A stretch of 64,000 nucleotides of DNA from Candidatus Adamsella avium (GCA_904420445.1 CAJFVJ010000001.1:10973-74972); one strand, 5' to 3'; shown: positions 27,904 through 38,277, counted from the first letter of the stretch. Translations and numbers: made by a program. Notes: generated from the sequence alone by a model not told the origin.

Positions 27904-29238
27904 ATGAGCAAAAGCGTCGAAGAAATTAAAAAACGTGCACTTGAAATAATTGATAAAACTCCCCTTTATATCTATAAAGGGAGCGTATCAAAAGTTCTCG
28001 GACTTACGGTAGAAGTCAAACTCCCCGGGCTTAAAATCGGTGACCTGTGCTATATAGAAACAGCAAGTGGCGATAAAAAAGCAGCCGAAGTAGTTGCATT
28101 CAAAGGAGATGTCGCACAGCTCCTGTTGTTGTACGACGGTGCAGGCATCGGACAGGGAAATCTTGTCACCTCAACAGGAAAATCCATTTACATCCCTGTA
28201 GGGGACTTTCTCTTAGGTCGTCTTATAAACCCTCTCGGCGCACCTATCGACGGAAAAAAATTGGATACGACAACAGCAAAATGGGTGCCCATAGAAGGGC
28301 CTCCCCCTGACCCGTTTGAAAGACCGATTATCAGCGAAAAATTTTCAACAGGGGTAAGAGCAATCGATGCCCTGCTGACATTTGGCTGCGGACAACGTAT
28401 GGGGCTTTTTGCAGGAAGCGGCGTCGGTAAAAGTACACTGCTCGGGATGATAGCAAGAAACTCTGATGCTGATGTAAACGTTATGGCTCTGATAGGAGAA
28501 CGTGGAAGAGAAGTTAAAGAATTTGTCGAAAACAGCCTGGGACCACAGGGTATGGCAAAATCAGTCATCGTCTGTGCAACAGGCGACCAGCCTCCGCTTA
28601 TCAGAATGAAGGCGCTTCAGTCTGCGACAGCTGTCTGCGAATACTTTAGAGATCAAGGGAAAAAAGTGTTCCTCATGACGGATACCGTCACAAGATGCGC
28701 AATTGCGGGAAGAGAGGTAGGCTTATCAATCGGAGAACCTCCAACCATGAAAGGTTATCCGCCGTCTATTTTCTCATGGCTTCAAAGAGTGCTTGAAAGA
28801 ACAGGTACAAGCCAAAAGGGGTCTATTACCGCATTTTATACGGTATTGATGGAAGGCGATGACATAAACGACCCCGTTGTTGATACGGTAAGAGGTATCG
28901 TAGACGGGCACGTGTTCTTATCAAGAAAAGTCGCCGAGCAGAACCATTACCCAGCCATAGATGTTCTCGGTAGCATAAGCAGGTTATTCACTGAAATCTG
29001 CGACGCCGAACATCAAAAGGCAGCTGCAAAGATGCGAACGCTTCTTGCTTTATATCGAGAAAACAAAGACCTGATTGATGTAGGGATGTATCAGGCAGGT
29101 GCAAACCCGAAACTTGATATAGCAATCGAACTTATGCCTCAAATAAACGGTTTCTTGTGTCAATCCGTCAAAGACAGTGTCAATATGAAAAATACAATAG
29201 ACACCCTGAAGCAAATGATGGCGAATGTCGATATCTGA
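27904..29238 (+). CDS. fliI: flagellum-specific ATPase FliI
   Basis: 444 aa with Walker A GSGVGKST and Walker B VFLMTDTVTR, F1-ATPase-like. Confidence 0.95.
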   Translation: MSKSVEEIKKRALEIIDKTPLYIYKGSVSKVLGLTVEVKLPGLKIGDLCYIETASGDKKAAEVVAFKGDVAQLLLLYDGAGIGQGNLVTSTGKSIYIPVGDFLLGRLINPLGAPIDGKKLDTTTAKWVPIEGPPPDPFERPIISEKFSTGVRAIDALLTFGCGQRMGLFAGSGVGKSTLLGMIARNSDADVNVMALIGERGREVKEFVENSLGPQGMAKSVIVCATGDQPPLIRMKALQSATAVCEYFRDQGKKVFLMTDTVTRCAIAGREVGLSIGEPPTMKGYPPSIFSWLQRVLERTGTSQKGSITAFYTVLMEGDDINDPVVDTVRGIVDGHVFLSRKVAEQNHYPAIDVLGSISRLFTEICDAEHQKAAAKMRTLLALYRENKDLIDVGMYQAGANPKLDIAIELMPQINGFLCQSVKDSVNMKNTIDTLKQMMANVDI

Positions 29239-30120
29239 TTACCAGTTGTTGTTGAACATCCTTGTTTTGCACATAGCACACGTATAGCAGGCATTTGACT
29301 CAAGGAAAATTCTTCTTGAAAAATCTTTGAGAGAAGAGCCGACTTTACCTCTGAAGTCGTTCACAAGAGATGCACATGCATAAACTCCGTCATCAGCAAC
29401 TATACGTGAATTTTTGCAGTCAAACTCCTTGTTTTTCATCATCTCTGAGCTTACAAAATCAGTATCCGAATAGTCGCCATAAATATTTTTGCAGCCGCCG
29501 AGTTTTAAAGGCGGAATTATTTTGAAATTGATATCTTCAACTTCAAAGTCAATTATCTTAAATACTTCTGCAAATTTGCTTTTGATTAGCTCTTCATCTT
29601 CTCCTTCAAAGTTAACAACAGATATAATCGGATTAAAATCATATTTCAGCAAATTTTGAATGCCTGATAGAACCTTTCTGAAGTTGCCATAACCTCTGAT
29701 TGCATCGTTTTTGTTCTCATCATAGCTGTCTAAGCTGACTCTGAATATAAGTTCATAAGAATAATCCTGCTGAATTTGTTTCAGAAACCTTGTTTTCTTG
29801 TCATTCAGCATGGTTCCGTTTGTTAACACAGTTGTATCAGCGAATTTCAGACATAGCCTCAATATATTGTTGAAATCAGGATGAATAAGCGGCTCGCCTC
29901 CTGTCAGATAGACAGCTTTCAGACTTTCTTTTGAATCAAGAAGCGATGATTTTATCTTGTCCATCGGAAGAAAGCTCTTCACATTATATTTATTTGTACA
30001 GCTCAAGAAGCAATTTTTACATTTCAAATTGCAGGCTGTTTTGCTGAGTTGGAACCACAAATTTTCCAAATTTTCCATCTCAACACAGGGTGCTTGCAAT
30101 AACAGCGATGTTGTCATCAT
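29239..30120 (-). CDS. radical SAM protein with a Cys-rich C-terminus
   Basis: CNLKCKNC (CxxxCxxC) near the N-terminus, a GGEPL motif, and C-terminal CxxxxxxC...CYTCAMC. The start may be Met15. Confidence 0.8.
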   Translation of the reverse strand: MMTTSLLLQAPCVEMENLENLWFQLSKTACNLKCKNCFLSCTNKYNVKSFLPMDKIKSSLLDSKESLKAVYLTGGEPLIHPDFNNILRLCLKFADTTVLTNGTMLNDKKTRFLKQIQQDYSYELIFRVSLDSYDENKNDAIRGYGNFRKVLSGIQNLLKYDFNPIISVVNFEGEDEELIKSKFAEVFKIIDFEVEDINFKIIPPLKLGGCKNIYGDYSDTDFVSSEMMKNKEFDCKNSRIVADDGVYACASLVNDFRGKVGSSLKDFSRRIFLESNACYTCAMCKTRMFNNNW

Positions 30121-30236
30121 TATCTCCTCCTCTTTCTATGAGGATTTTATGCGAAAACATATTTGTTGAAAATAACTCACCCTTCTAAAATCCGGAGATA
30201 AAAAACTACCCTGTAAAATAACCGAACCGGACAATA

Positions 30237-30272
30237 AAAGAGAAGAACTTCAAAAGGAAATTCTTCTCTTTT
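30237..30272 (-). terminator. terminator after the Skp-like gene
   Basis: aaaagagaagaa / ttcttctctttt arms. Confidence 0.55.
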
Positions 30273-30296
30273 GTTTACATCTGTCTGAATTTCAGA

Positions 30297-30788
30297 TTAT
30301 TTTTTCGCTTCTGTTTCTTTGTTGTTTTTTGCAAGCTCAGCTTTCACATCTTCAGTAATATCAACATTGCCTGCTACAACAGCTTTAATTTCATAAACTA
30401 CGTCAGAACCTGTTTTTTTCTTTGCAACTTTTTGTGCTGCTGCAGTGATGTCATTTCTGACGGCTTCTATTTCTTTTTTGCTGTACTCAACTAGTTCTGA
30501 TGCTTTTTTGTTATATTCAGCAGTATATTTCGCATCCAATTCAGCTTTTTCTTTTTCTGTTTTGCCTTTGTTAATTTCGTTCTTTGCTTTATCAAGGAAA
30601 ACAACAAGCTCTTGTTGTTTTTCGCCGATTTCTTTTTCAACGGCAAGTGCCTTATCATAGCTGCTTACGACAGCTTCTATATCAAGAACAGCCACCTGCT
30701 GCGGTTTGAACATCAAATAACAAACAGCTCCCAAGAGTAAAAATATGATAACTCCTACTATCACATTTTTATAATTAATATTTGCCAT
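30297..30788 (-). CDS. OmpH/Skp-like periplasmic chaperone
   Basis: 163 aa with an N-terminal TM/signal segment, then a K/E-rich coiled coil (LDIEAVVSSY...ELDAKYTAEYNKK) typical of the OmpH family. Confidence 0.75.
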   Translation of the reverse strand: MANINYKNVIVGVIIFLLLGAVCYLMFKPQQVAVLDIEAVVSSYDKALAVEKEIGEKQQELVVFLDKAKNEINKGKTEKEKAELDAKYTAEYNKKASELVEYSKKEIEAVRNDITAAAQKVAKKKTGSDVVYEIKAVVAGNVDITEDVKAELAKNNKETEAKK

Positions 30789-30863
30789 ATAAAGTGCCTC
30801 CTTTTGTAATTCGCTTATTAATTATAAAATTATATTTAAAAATACACAAGATAGTTAATAATT

Positions 30864-30897
30864 AAAAAATGGGATAAGCCTAAAAAAGCTTATCCCA
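30864..30897 (-). terminator. terminator after metK
   Basis: tgggataagc / gcttatccca arms. A T6 run follows on the minus strand. Confidence 0.7.
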
Positions 30898-30915
30898 TCA
30901 CATTATTCAAAAAGT

Positions 30916-32163
30916 TCAGACCCTTGCGCAGGAAGCTGCTTGTTCTTTCAAGAGTTGAGCTTTATCTGTTTTCTCCCATGGAACATCAAAGTCTACACGA
31001 CCGACATGCCCGTAGGCTGCAAGTTTCTGGTAGAATTTACCGCCGTTTTTAGCGGGGAGATTTGTCAGGTCAAAGTTTTTGATAATAGCAGAAGGTCTTA
31101 AATCAAAGTTTTTATCAACCAGTGCGCTTATTTCATCATCAGAAATTTTGCCTGTACCGAAAGTATCTACAAGAATAGAAATCGGTTTTGCAACACCGAT
31201 TGCATAACTCAGCTGGATTTCACATTTATCAGCGAGTCCTGCTTCAACAATGTTTTTTGCAACATATCTTGCTGCATAAGCGGCACTTCTGTCAACTTTT
31301 GTCGGGTCTTTACCGCTGAAAGCACCGCCGCCATGACGGGAATATCCGCCGTAGGTATCAACAATAATCTTACGACCCGTCAATCCTGCATCACCTTGAG
31401 GACCGCCGACAACAAATCTGCCAGAAGGGTTAATGAGATATTTTGTTTTTGAATCGGGTTTTATTGAATATTCGGCAAAAACAGGCTCAACAACATATTT
31501 CATCAAATCTTTTGCAATAATCTGCTGAACTTTTGCGTTATCAGTTTCACCGTTTATTTCAGGGTCATGCTGGGTAGAGATGATTACTGTATCAATTCTC
31601 ACCGGTTTGTTATCAACATATTCTACAGTAACCTGTGTTTTACCATCAGGTCTAAGATATGGAAGAGTTCCGTTTTTTCTGACTTCTGTCAATTTCAAAG
31701 CAAGTCTGTGAGCCATGCTGATTGGAAGAGGCATCAACTCTTTTGTTTCATTGCATGCAAAACCGAACATAATACCCTGGTCGCCAGCACCGGTATCCTG
31801 CTCAGAAGTTTCTCTTGTTTCAAGAGAATTATTAACCCCGCCTGCAATATCAGGTGATTGCTCATCTATGCTTGTCAGAACAGCACATGTTTTATAATCA
31901 AATCCGCCTGCCTGTGAATCAACATATCCTATATTCTTAACGGTTTCTCTCACTATGCTCGGAATATCAACATAACAATCAGATGTAATCTCTCCGCTAA
32001 CAAGAACCATGCCTGTTGTACAGGAAGTTTCAGCAGCAACTCTCGACTTCGGGTCTTTTAGCAAAAAAGCATCCAAAATCGCATCTGAAATCTGATCGCA
32101 AACCTTATCAGGATGACCTTCCGTTACAGATTCCGATGTAAAGAAAAATCTTTTTGATACCAT
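30916..32163 (-). CDS. metK: S-adenosylmethionine synthetase
   Basis: From the internal ATG at 32163: [20 protein letters not shown]. Also GAGDQG and GGGAFSGKD motifs. Confidence 0.95.
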   Translation of the reverse strand: MVSKRFFFTSESVTEGHPDKVCDQISDAILDAFLLKDPKSRVAAETSCTTGMVLVSGEITSDCYVDIPSIVRETVKNIGYVDSQAGGFDYKTCAVLTSIDEQSPDIAGGVNNSLETRETSEQDTGAGDQGIMFGFACNETKELMPLPISMAHRLALKLTEVRKNGTLPYLRPDGKTQVTVEYVDNKPVRIDTVIISTQHDPEINGETDNAKVQQIIAKDLMKYVVEPVFAEYSIKPDSKTKYLINPSGRFVVGGPQGDAGLTGRKIIVDTYGGYSRHGGGAFSGKDPTKVDRSAAYAARYVAKNIVEAGLADKCEIQLSYAIGVAKPISILVDTFGTGKISDDEISALVDKNFDLRPSAIIKNFDLTNLPAKNGGKFYQKLAAYGHVGRVDFDVPWEKTDKAQLLKEQAASCARV

Positions 32164-32255
32164 TTCAAGTTTTCTCCTTTTATTGAATAAAAAAATAACC
32201 CCATACACTTATCAAGTATAGAGTTGTTGGTTTATAAGCTATCTTATTTCACCAA

Positions 32256-32384
32256 CTTATCTTACGAAGGGTTGCTTCGTCGGAATTAGCACCTTGTGCG
32301 ATATTTTTCAATCTTACAGGTTGCCGGGCGTCATAGGGCCGTTCCCTCTGCCTTTTGTACGTAGAGCGTACACTCTTGATAAGT
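32256..32384 (-). promoter_or_regulatory. SAM-I (S-box) riboswitch in the metK leader
   Basis: The minus-strand RNA reads cttatcaagag...ggcagagggaacggccctatgacgcccggcaacc...aaggtgctaattccgacgaag...cgtaagataag. This matches the conserved S-box core elements and P1 pairing. Confidence 0.85.
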
Positions 32385-32425
32385 TGTATTTAACAATAGA
32401 ATATTAAACTAAAGCATTACGCAGG

Positions 32426-32779
32426 TCAAATGTTTTTTATCTCATCATGAAACAATATTAAAAACAGCGTATCAACCACATTCAAAAAATCTTCTTCGTT
32501 CATAGCAGTCAGAACATTCATTGCCATTGTTAAAGAAGGACTCCTATCATACCATCTGTTTTTGTTCTGTGAGTGATACAACCCCGCTACTTTTTCTACT
32601 CCGAGGCTGACCAGTTCATATTCAACACGATTCTTCTTGATTATATTCGCCGTTTCTATAACATTCTTCAAAAGTATTTCCCTGTCTGACTCGGGGTACT
32701 GCTGAAGAAGTTCGAGTATCTTAATAATTTTCGGATATTTATCATACCAGCGTTTTCTTTTGTAGTGTTGTGTATTCAT
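32426..32779 (-). CDS. hypothetical protein with two RWYD motifs
   Basis: 117 aa with KRKRWYDKYP near the N-terminus and NKNRWYDRSP at about residue 72. I recognise no family. Confidence 0.5.
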   Translation of the reverse strand: MNTQHYKRKRWYDKYPKIIKILELLQQYPESDREILLKNVIETANIIKKNRVEYELVSLGVEKVAGLYHSQNKNRWYDRSPSLTMAMNVLTAMNEEDFLNVVDTLFLILFHDEIKNI

Positions 32780-32883
32780 ATTTATCCTCTTGCATTATTT
32801 TTTCGAAAAACAAAAAACTTGTCCTGAAATCTTTTTTTAGATTATCATTATTATAATATAAGTTAGTAGTCGAAGGTAGTATT

Positions 32884-34737
32884 ATGAATTTGAGTTGGGG
32901 ACGAATTTTTTTCTCATTTTTTATTTGTCTTATGTTATCGACAACAGCTTTTGCCGAAAGCTTTTCCATAAAATCTCTGAGCATAGACAGCACTCAAAAA
33001 AATCTCCTGATTCAGGGAACAAATCCCAACTATCAAAACATAAAACTCTCAAGACATGTTCTCTCTAGCCCGCTTCGGGTAATATATGACATATATGACG
33101 CAAAACTCCTAAACCCCAAAAACTCTGCCGTTCTGAACAACCCGAATGTCACAGAAGTAAGAGTTGCCCAATTTTCAACAGCGCCATATGTCGTAAGAAT
33201 TGTGTTTTATTGCAAAGACGATGAATCGGCAAAACGAATTACACCGACAGTAAAAAGCAACTCTATCTCCTTCAACCTCGGAAGCGAAAAAGATAACTAT
33301 GACCACAGCTTTTTTATCTTCAAAGAAGACCAAACCTCTCCTGATATACAATCAAATGTCGACTACACAGCTTTCTACACAAACCTCAACGTAATAGTTG
33401 ACGACGGCAAAAAGAAAACAGAGGCAAGCAAACCTCAAAATCTGCATGTCGCAAAACCATCAGCCGCACCTGAACCGGGATGGATTCAAATCCCGATATC
33501 TGAAGAATTCCTCGCAAGATATACAATTATGGACATCGAAACCATTCAGGATAAAATTGTCATAAAAGGTAAAGGGATTATCTCCGTTGCCTCTCCGTTT
33601 GTATTATCGGCACCAAACAGATTTGTCGTTGATATGCCCTTCAGCAGGGTACAAAAACCTGACTTGAACAAAACAATTACCCTCTCAAACGGGGATAAAG
33701 TACGTTTAGGCGCATTTGACGCCCAAACGGCAAGAGCTGTTGTCGAAACATCAAACTTCGGGGCATACAACGCTATCATCTCTCCAAATGCGGAAACTCT
33801 GACCATACAAAAATCAAACATAGTCAATGCACCCGTATCAAATCTCACAGAAGTACAATCAATAAACCAGAACAACTATTCATCAAAATTAATCCTGAAA
33901 TTTGATAAAGCTATCCACCACTCAATTTCTAAAACAAAAGATGAAATAAAACTGAAATTCTACAATCTCACATCACCAAATGAGCAAATACTATCAGCAT
34001 TTGCTCAGACAAAACAATTCAGAAAAATTACGGCAACGCCTATTGAAGGTACAAAAAACGGACAAATCTTCTCTATTCCGATTAATCCTTCCGCTAAAGC
34101 TACCATAGAACTCAAACCAGACGGGAAAGAACTCACAATATTCCTGAAAGAAAATGTCCAAAAACAGGGAACCGTCATCATCAAAAAAGGAACAACGGTT
34201 GTAATTGACGCCGGTCACGGCGGCTCTGACTATGGTGCCATAAGAGATGACGTCAACGAAAAAGACCTTACCCTCGAGTTATCTCAAAAACTGAGAGATT
34301 ACCTTCAAAAATACGGAGTCAAAGTAATAATGACAAGAGATAAGGATGAAACACTCTCCCTTCAAAGAAGAAGCGAAATTTCAAATGAAATAAATCCGAA
34401 TGCTTTTGTCAGCGTGCATATTAACTCTTTTACACGCTCAGATGTAAAAGGTCTTGAAACTTACTGGTATCAACCTCAGAGCAAAGCTCTCGGGCAAATT
34501 GTACACAACTACCTGACTCTGAGCATCGACAGCCCTGATAGAGGTCTGCAAACAGCAAGATTTTATGTAATCAATCATACAAACGCTCCGTCAATTCTTG
34601 TCGAAGTAGGCTACATTTCAAATCCGGATGAAAGAAAAGAAATGCAGACATCAAAAAGACAGAAGAAAACAGTTAAAGCTATAGGCGATGGTATTTTATT
34701 GTATTTGGGAATGATGTATGAGCAGCAATCAAAATAA
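32884..34737 (+). CDS. N-acetylmuramoyl-L-alanine amidase (Amidase_3) with N-terminal AMIN-like domains
   Basis: Signal peptide present. C-terminal VVIDAGHGGSDYGA, VSVHINS, GLETYW and VEVGYISNPDE motifs. Confidence 0.9.
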   Translation: MNLSWGRIFFSFFICLMLSTTAFAESFSIKSLSIDSTQKNLLIQGTNPNYQNIKLSRHVLSSPLRVIYDIYDAKLLNPKNSAVLNNPNVTEVRVAQFSTAPYVVRIVFYCKDDESAKRITPTVKSNSISFNLGSEKDNYDHSFFIFKEDQTSPDIQSNVDYTAFYTNLNVIVDDGKKKTEASKPQNLHVAKPSAAPEPGWIQIPISEEFLARYTIMDIETIQDKIVIKGKGIISVASPFVLSAPNRFVVDMPFSRVQKPDLNKTITLSNGDKVRLGAFDAQTARAVVETSNFGAYNAIISPNAETLTIQKSNIVNAPVSNLTEVQSINQNNYSSKLILKFDKAIHHSISKTKDEIKLKFYNLTSPNEQILSAFAQTKQFRKITATPIEGTKNGQIFSIPINPSAKATIELKPDGKELTIFLKENVQKQGTVIIKKGTTVVIDAGHGGSDYGAIRDDVNEKDLTLELSQKLRDYLQKYGVKVIMTRDKDETLSLQRRSEISNEINPNAFVSVHINSFTRSDVKGLETYWYQPQSKALGQIVHNYLTLSIDSPDRGLQTARFYVINHTNAPSILVEVGYISNPDERKEMQTSKRQKKTVKAIGDGILLYLGMMYEQQSK

Positions 34738-35521
34738 TCAATCACCTATCGGAGTCTATGACTCGGGCAGCGGAGGGCTGAGCGTTCTCAAAGAACTGAA
34801 GAGAACACTCCCGAATGAATCGTTTATCTACTTTGGGGACACAAAAAGAATGCCCTACGGAGATAAAACCCCATCCCAGCTTATGTCTTTCTGTCTTGGA
34901 ATACTTGACTATTTTGAAACAAAAAATGTAAAAGCAGTAATATCTGCCTGCAACACAAGTTCTGCAGCCGTGCTGCCAAATCTGACAAAAGCTTATCCTT
35001 TCGAGATATTCGGAATGATAGAACCGACATCAAAATATGTCGCAAATCTCAACTTCAGAAAAGTAGGCATAATCGCAACAGCAGCCACAATCAAAACATC
35101 TGCTTACAAAATATCCATCGAAAAAATCAATAACAACACGGAAGTCATACAGCAGCCATGCCCTGGGCTTGTCGAGCTGATTGAATCAAACAAAGCGGAC
35201 TCGCAGGAGTGCTTCTCGTTGCTAAAATCTTATATAGAACCTCTTCTCAAACAGGATATACAGGCTGTTGTCCTTGGATGCACCCATTATCCTATTCTTG
35301 AATCGATGATTCATGAAATAACAAATCATAAAATAATAATAATCAACCCTGCGCTGGTTGTCGCAAAAAGTGTAAAAGACAATCTCGAAAAACAAAACCT
35401 GCTGAGTCCAGGGACTCCCAAAGAAACGGTATTTTATGCAAGCAAAAACCCCCAATTGTTTGAAGAAGTCGGACGGCAGCTTTACAGCGGGTGCAAAAAC
35501 GCAAAATTGCTTGAGTTATAA
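34718..35521 (+). CDS. murI: glutamate racemase
   Basis: IGVYDSGSGGLSV, ACNTSSA and LGCTHYP motifs. Confidence 0.9.
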   Translation: MSSNQNNQSPIGVYDSGSGGLSVLKELKRTLPNESFIYFGDTKRMPYGDKTPSQLMSFCLGILDYFETKNVKAVISACNTSSAAVLPNLTKAYPFEIFGMIEPTSKYVANLNFRKVGIIATAATIKTSAYKISIEKINNNTEVIQQPCPGLVELIESNKADSQECFSLLKSYIEPLLKQDIQAVVLGCTHYPILESMIHEITNHKIIIINPALVVAKSVKDNLEKQNLLSPGTPKETVFYASKNPQLFEEVGRQLYSGCKNAKLLEL

Positions 35522-36805
35522 AAACATCTCCATCTTTTTAAGAGCATACTCAAGAGCTCCCGTATTTTTCTCAAAGACCGTTTTGCAACTGTCGCATGCC
35601 TGTCTGTAAACAATCTTATCAGATAAAAGTTCAAGCGCTTTATTATAAAATTCTTTCTTATCGCAGACAATACAAGCAGCACCGTCAGCAGTAAGTATCT
35701 GATAAATATCTTTAAAATTGAACACATCAGGTCCGCTTATTACGGGTTTGTTATATATGGTTGATTCAAGCGGGTTATGTCCTCCGGTGTGAGAGAAACT
35801 ACCTCCGATAAAAGCTATCTCACACAGCGAATACATCTTGCCAAGTTCACCCACCGTATCAAGAAGAATGATATCCTTATTCTCAAAAGTATCATGCTTG
35901 CTTCGAAAACCATAACTTATTCCAAGCTGGGCAACCAAATCCTCTACCTGCAAAAATCTCTCAGGATGACGCGGAGCGAGAAGAAGTTTCAAACTCGGAA
36001 TTTCTTCTCTCAAAGAAGCAAACACATCAAGGACAATCTCATCTTCACCTTTATGCGTGCTGCCAGCTATCAAAAGTTTTTTATCAACAAGATGAAGCTC
36101 TTGTCTGAAAGCTGCAATCTTCTCCTTATCGAGAATATTTGAAAAATTGAACTTCAGATTTCCCATCACTTCAACTTTTTCTTCCGGCGCACCGATATTT
36201 ATAATCCGTTCTTTATCAGACTCTGTCTGCATAAGAATTGATGAATAATTGGAAAGAATATCTCTGAAAAAGAAAGAAAACTTCCTGTATCCTCTGTAAG
36301 AATGCGGAGAAATTCGACCGTTCACAATCATCAAAGGGATTTTTTTTGCATTTACCATAAAAGAAAAATTCGGCCATATCTCTGTCTCAGCTATCACAAC
36401 AAGAGAGGGTCTTATTGCAGTCAGAGCAGAAAAAACAGAAAAATTGAAATCAAACGGGAAATACACTATTGCATCAACAACATCAGAGAGTTTCTTCTTC
36501 GCCACCTCATGTCCTGTTTTTGTAACTGTTGATAAAACAATATTGCACCCCTGAAATCTTGCTTTCGTTTCTTTGACCAAAGATTCAACGGCATTCACCT
36601 CTCCGACTGATACGGCATGAATCCATATTGTCTTTTTCTCATGAGGCAAGTTCAAATAATAAAACCCCAGTTTTTGGAAAAAGCCTGCACGAAATTTCGG
36701 CACAACTATCAATGCAATAACTATAACAGGCAGCAGCAGCAAAGCAAATATAACGAGAAGAGCGCTGTAAACTATGTGTAATAAATATCTGACTAAATAA
36801 TTCAT
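35516..36805 (-). CDS. waaA: 3-deoxy-D-manno-octulosonic acid (Kdo) transferase
   Basis: 429 aa with an N-terminal TM segment and the IWIHAVSVGEVNA motif, plus a glycosyltransferase C-terminal part. Confidence 0.85.
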   Translation of the reverse strand: MNYLVRYLLHIVYSALLVIFALLLLPVIVIALIVVPKFRAGFFQKLGFYYLNLPHEKKTIWIHAVSVGEVNAVESLVKETKARFQGCNIVLSTVTKTGHEVAKKKLSDVVDAIVYFPFDFNFSVFSALTAIRPSLVVIAETEIWPNFSFMVNAKKIPLMIVNGRISPHSYRGYRKFSFFFRDILSNYSSILMQTESDKERIINIGAPEEKVEVMGNLKFNFSNILDKEKIAAFRQELHLVDKKLLIAGSTHKGEDEIVLDVFASLREEIPSLKLLLAPRHPERFLQVEDLVAQLGISYGFRSKHDTFENKDIILLDTVGELGKMYSLCEIAFIGGSFSHTGGHNPLESTIYNKPVISGPDVFNFKDIYQILTADGAACIVCDKKEFYNKALELLSDKIVYRQACDSCKTVFEKNTGALEYALKKMEMFL

Positions 36806-36836
36806 TATTCTAAAACTCTCTTTTTTATTTCTTATT

Positions 36837-38228
36837 TTATTTCAAAACAATTCCAATCTCAAATGTCCTGTTCCACGGAAAATAAAAAGCCGTATCAGGT
36901 TCTCTCATCCCGAGATAATGCGCAATCTTTGAAATATAAGGTTTGAACAACTCTGAACACGAACGACTATCTCCTTTTCGCAGCATCTGCCTTATATTTG
37001 CCTGATAAGCCCAATCATCAGCCAATCTCACAAACATAAGCTCTTTGAATTTTTTCTCATCAAAATAACCTTTTCCCTGTGCAATAAATTTTAGTACAGC
37101 AACAGACATCAATGAGCCCGTTGCATTTGCTGTTGTATTCCATCCTGAATACCCGAAAAAATGTTTCATATCAGCAGGTTCATCAACTACGCATTCTGAT
37201 ACAAATTCATCATCAGCACCGTTTGCATACCTTACATCAGCTATCGCATAATTCTTTGATTTATCAAATTTGAATATATGAGAGAAATTCTCATCTTCAA
37301 AAATACCAAGAGCAAGGTCATCCTGTATTTTCAAGGGAGCGTTCACAACAAGAGAAATATCTCCTTCTTCCTTTTCTGATGAACCAATCATTCTGAGATA
37401 AGAACAAAAAGTTTCTTTGATGCTCACACCGTCATATCTTGTGATAACCGAGCCGGCATAAGGATGATTATAAACAGTATTGAAAGAAACCTTCTGCTGG
37501 TGAAAATCAGAATATGCCCTTGCAATCAATCCGCTCCAAATTTCATCAGCTCCCGATAAAACCATCGCATCAGAATGTTCTTCAAGGATTAATCTCTGCA
37601 ATTCTTCTCCTTCTTTGACATTCAGACCGTATTTTGATGTGTCATCCCTTGAGAAAACAAGAAAGTCAAAACCAGATGAAAGATAGTGCTTGTTTATGGA
37701 AAAATTGCGTTTTCTTGTATTGAGATAATCTTTTAATATATCTTCTGGGATAGAGTGCTCCGGTTCCGTTCCGTTTTTATGAAAATTGTATGAATAATCA
37801 AAAATCTGTTTTCCATACTTATTCCAGTATTCTTTTTCTTCTTCGTTGATGTTGTTGTTTGAAATTCTCATAATGCTTGAAAAAGCATAAATTTTTGAAC
37901 ATTTTTCTCTCAGCAGCGAAAGAAACTCATCAACCCCTTTGAGAATTTCCTCCTCAGAAGTTTCAACCCTTCTCGATGCGATAAGTCCGCCGTAAGCTAT
38001 CGTATCGAGGCAGCAGATTGCATAATCAATTTGTACATCAAGATTTTTCACCCATCTCAAAATAGAATTGACATCGGCATAAGAGGTGAGCGACCCCATA
38101 ATTTCTCTTGGGGGGATAAAAAGATTTATATCGCCTGCTGTCAAACACATCTCAACGGCAAAATCATAACAAACAGGACGATTGTCAATAGGAATAAGCA
38201 GGATATTTATTTTTTTCTGGCTGTTCAT
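36837..38228 (-). CDS. DUF4127 family protein
   Basis: 463 aa. The N-terminus (INILLIPIDNRPVCYDF) resembles the DUF4127 opening. Assigned from memory only. Confidence 0.6.
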   Translation of the reverse strand: MNSQKKINILLIPIDNRPVCYDFAVEMCLTAGDINLFIPPREIMGSLTSYADVNSILRWVKNLDVQIDYAICCLDTIAYGGLIASRRVETSEEEILKGVDEFLSLLREKCSKIYAFSSIMRISNNNINEEEKEYWNKYGKQIFDYSYNFHKNGTEPEHSIPEDILKDYLNTRKRNFSINKHYLSSGFDFLVFSRDDTSKYGLNVKEGEELQRLILEEHSDAMVLSGADEIWSGLIARAYSDFHQQKVSFNTVYNHPYAGSVITRYDGVSIKETFCSYLRMIGSSEKEEGDISLVVNAPLKIQDDLALGIFEDENFSHIFKFDKSKNYAIADVRYANGADDEFVSECVVDEPADMKHFFGYSGWNTTANATGSLMSVAVLKFIAQGKGYFDEKKFKELMFVRLADDWAYQANIRQMLRKGDSRSCSELFKPYISKIAHYLGMREPDTAFYFPWNRTFEIGIVLK

Positions 38229-38277
38229 AAACTTTTCATTACAATCCTCAACGCCTCAAATTATAACATTTAAACAT

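Noticed and set aside
32742-32993. 83-aa minus-strand ORF overlapping the amidase start
   Set aside because: It overlaps two better-supported genes and has no RBS or recognisable features.
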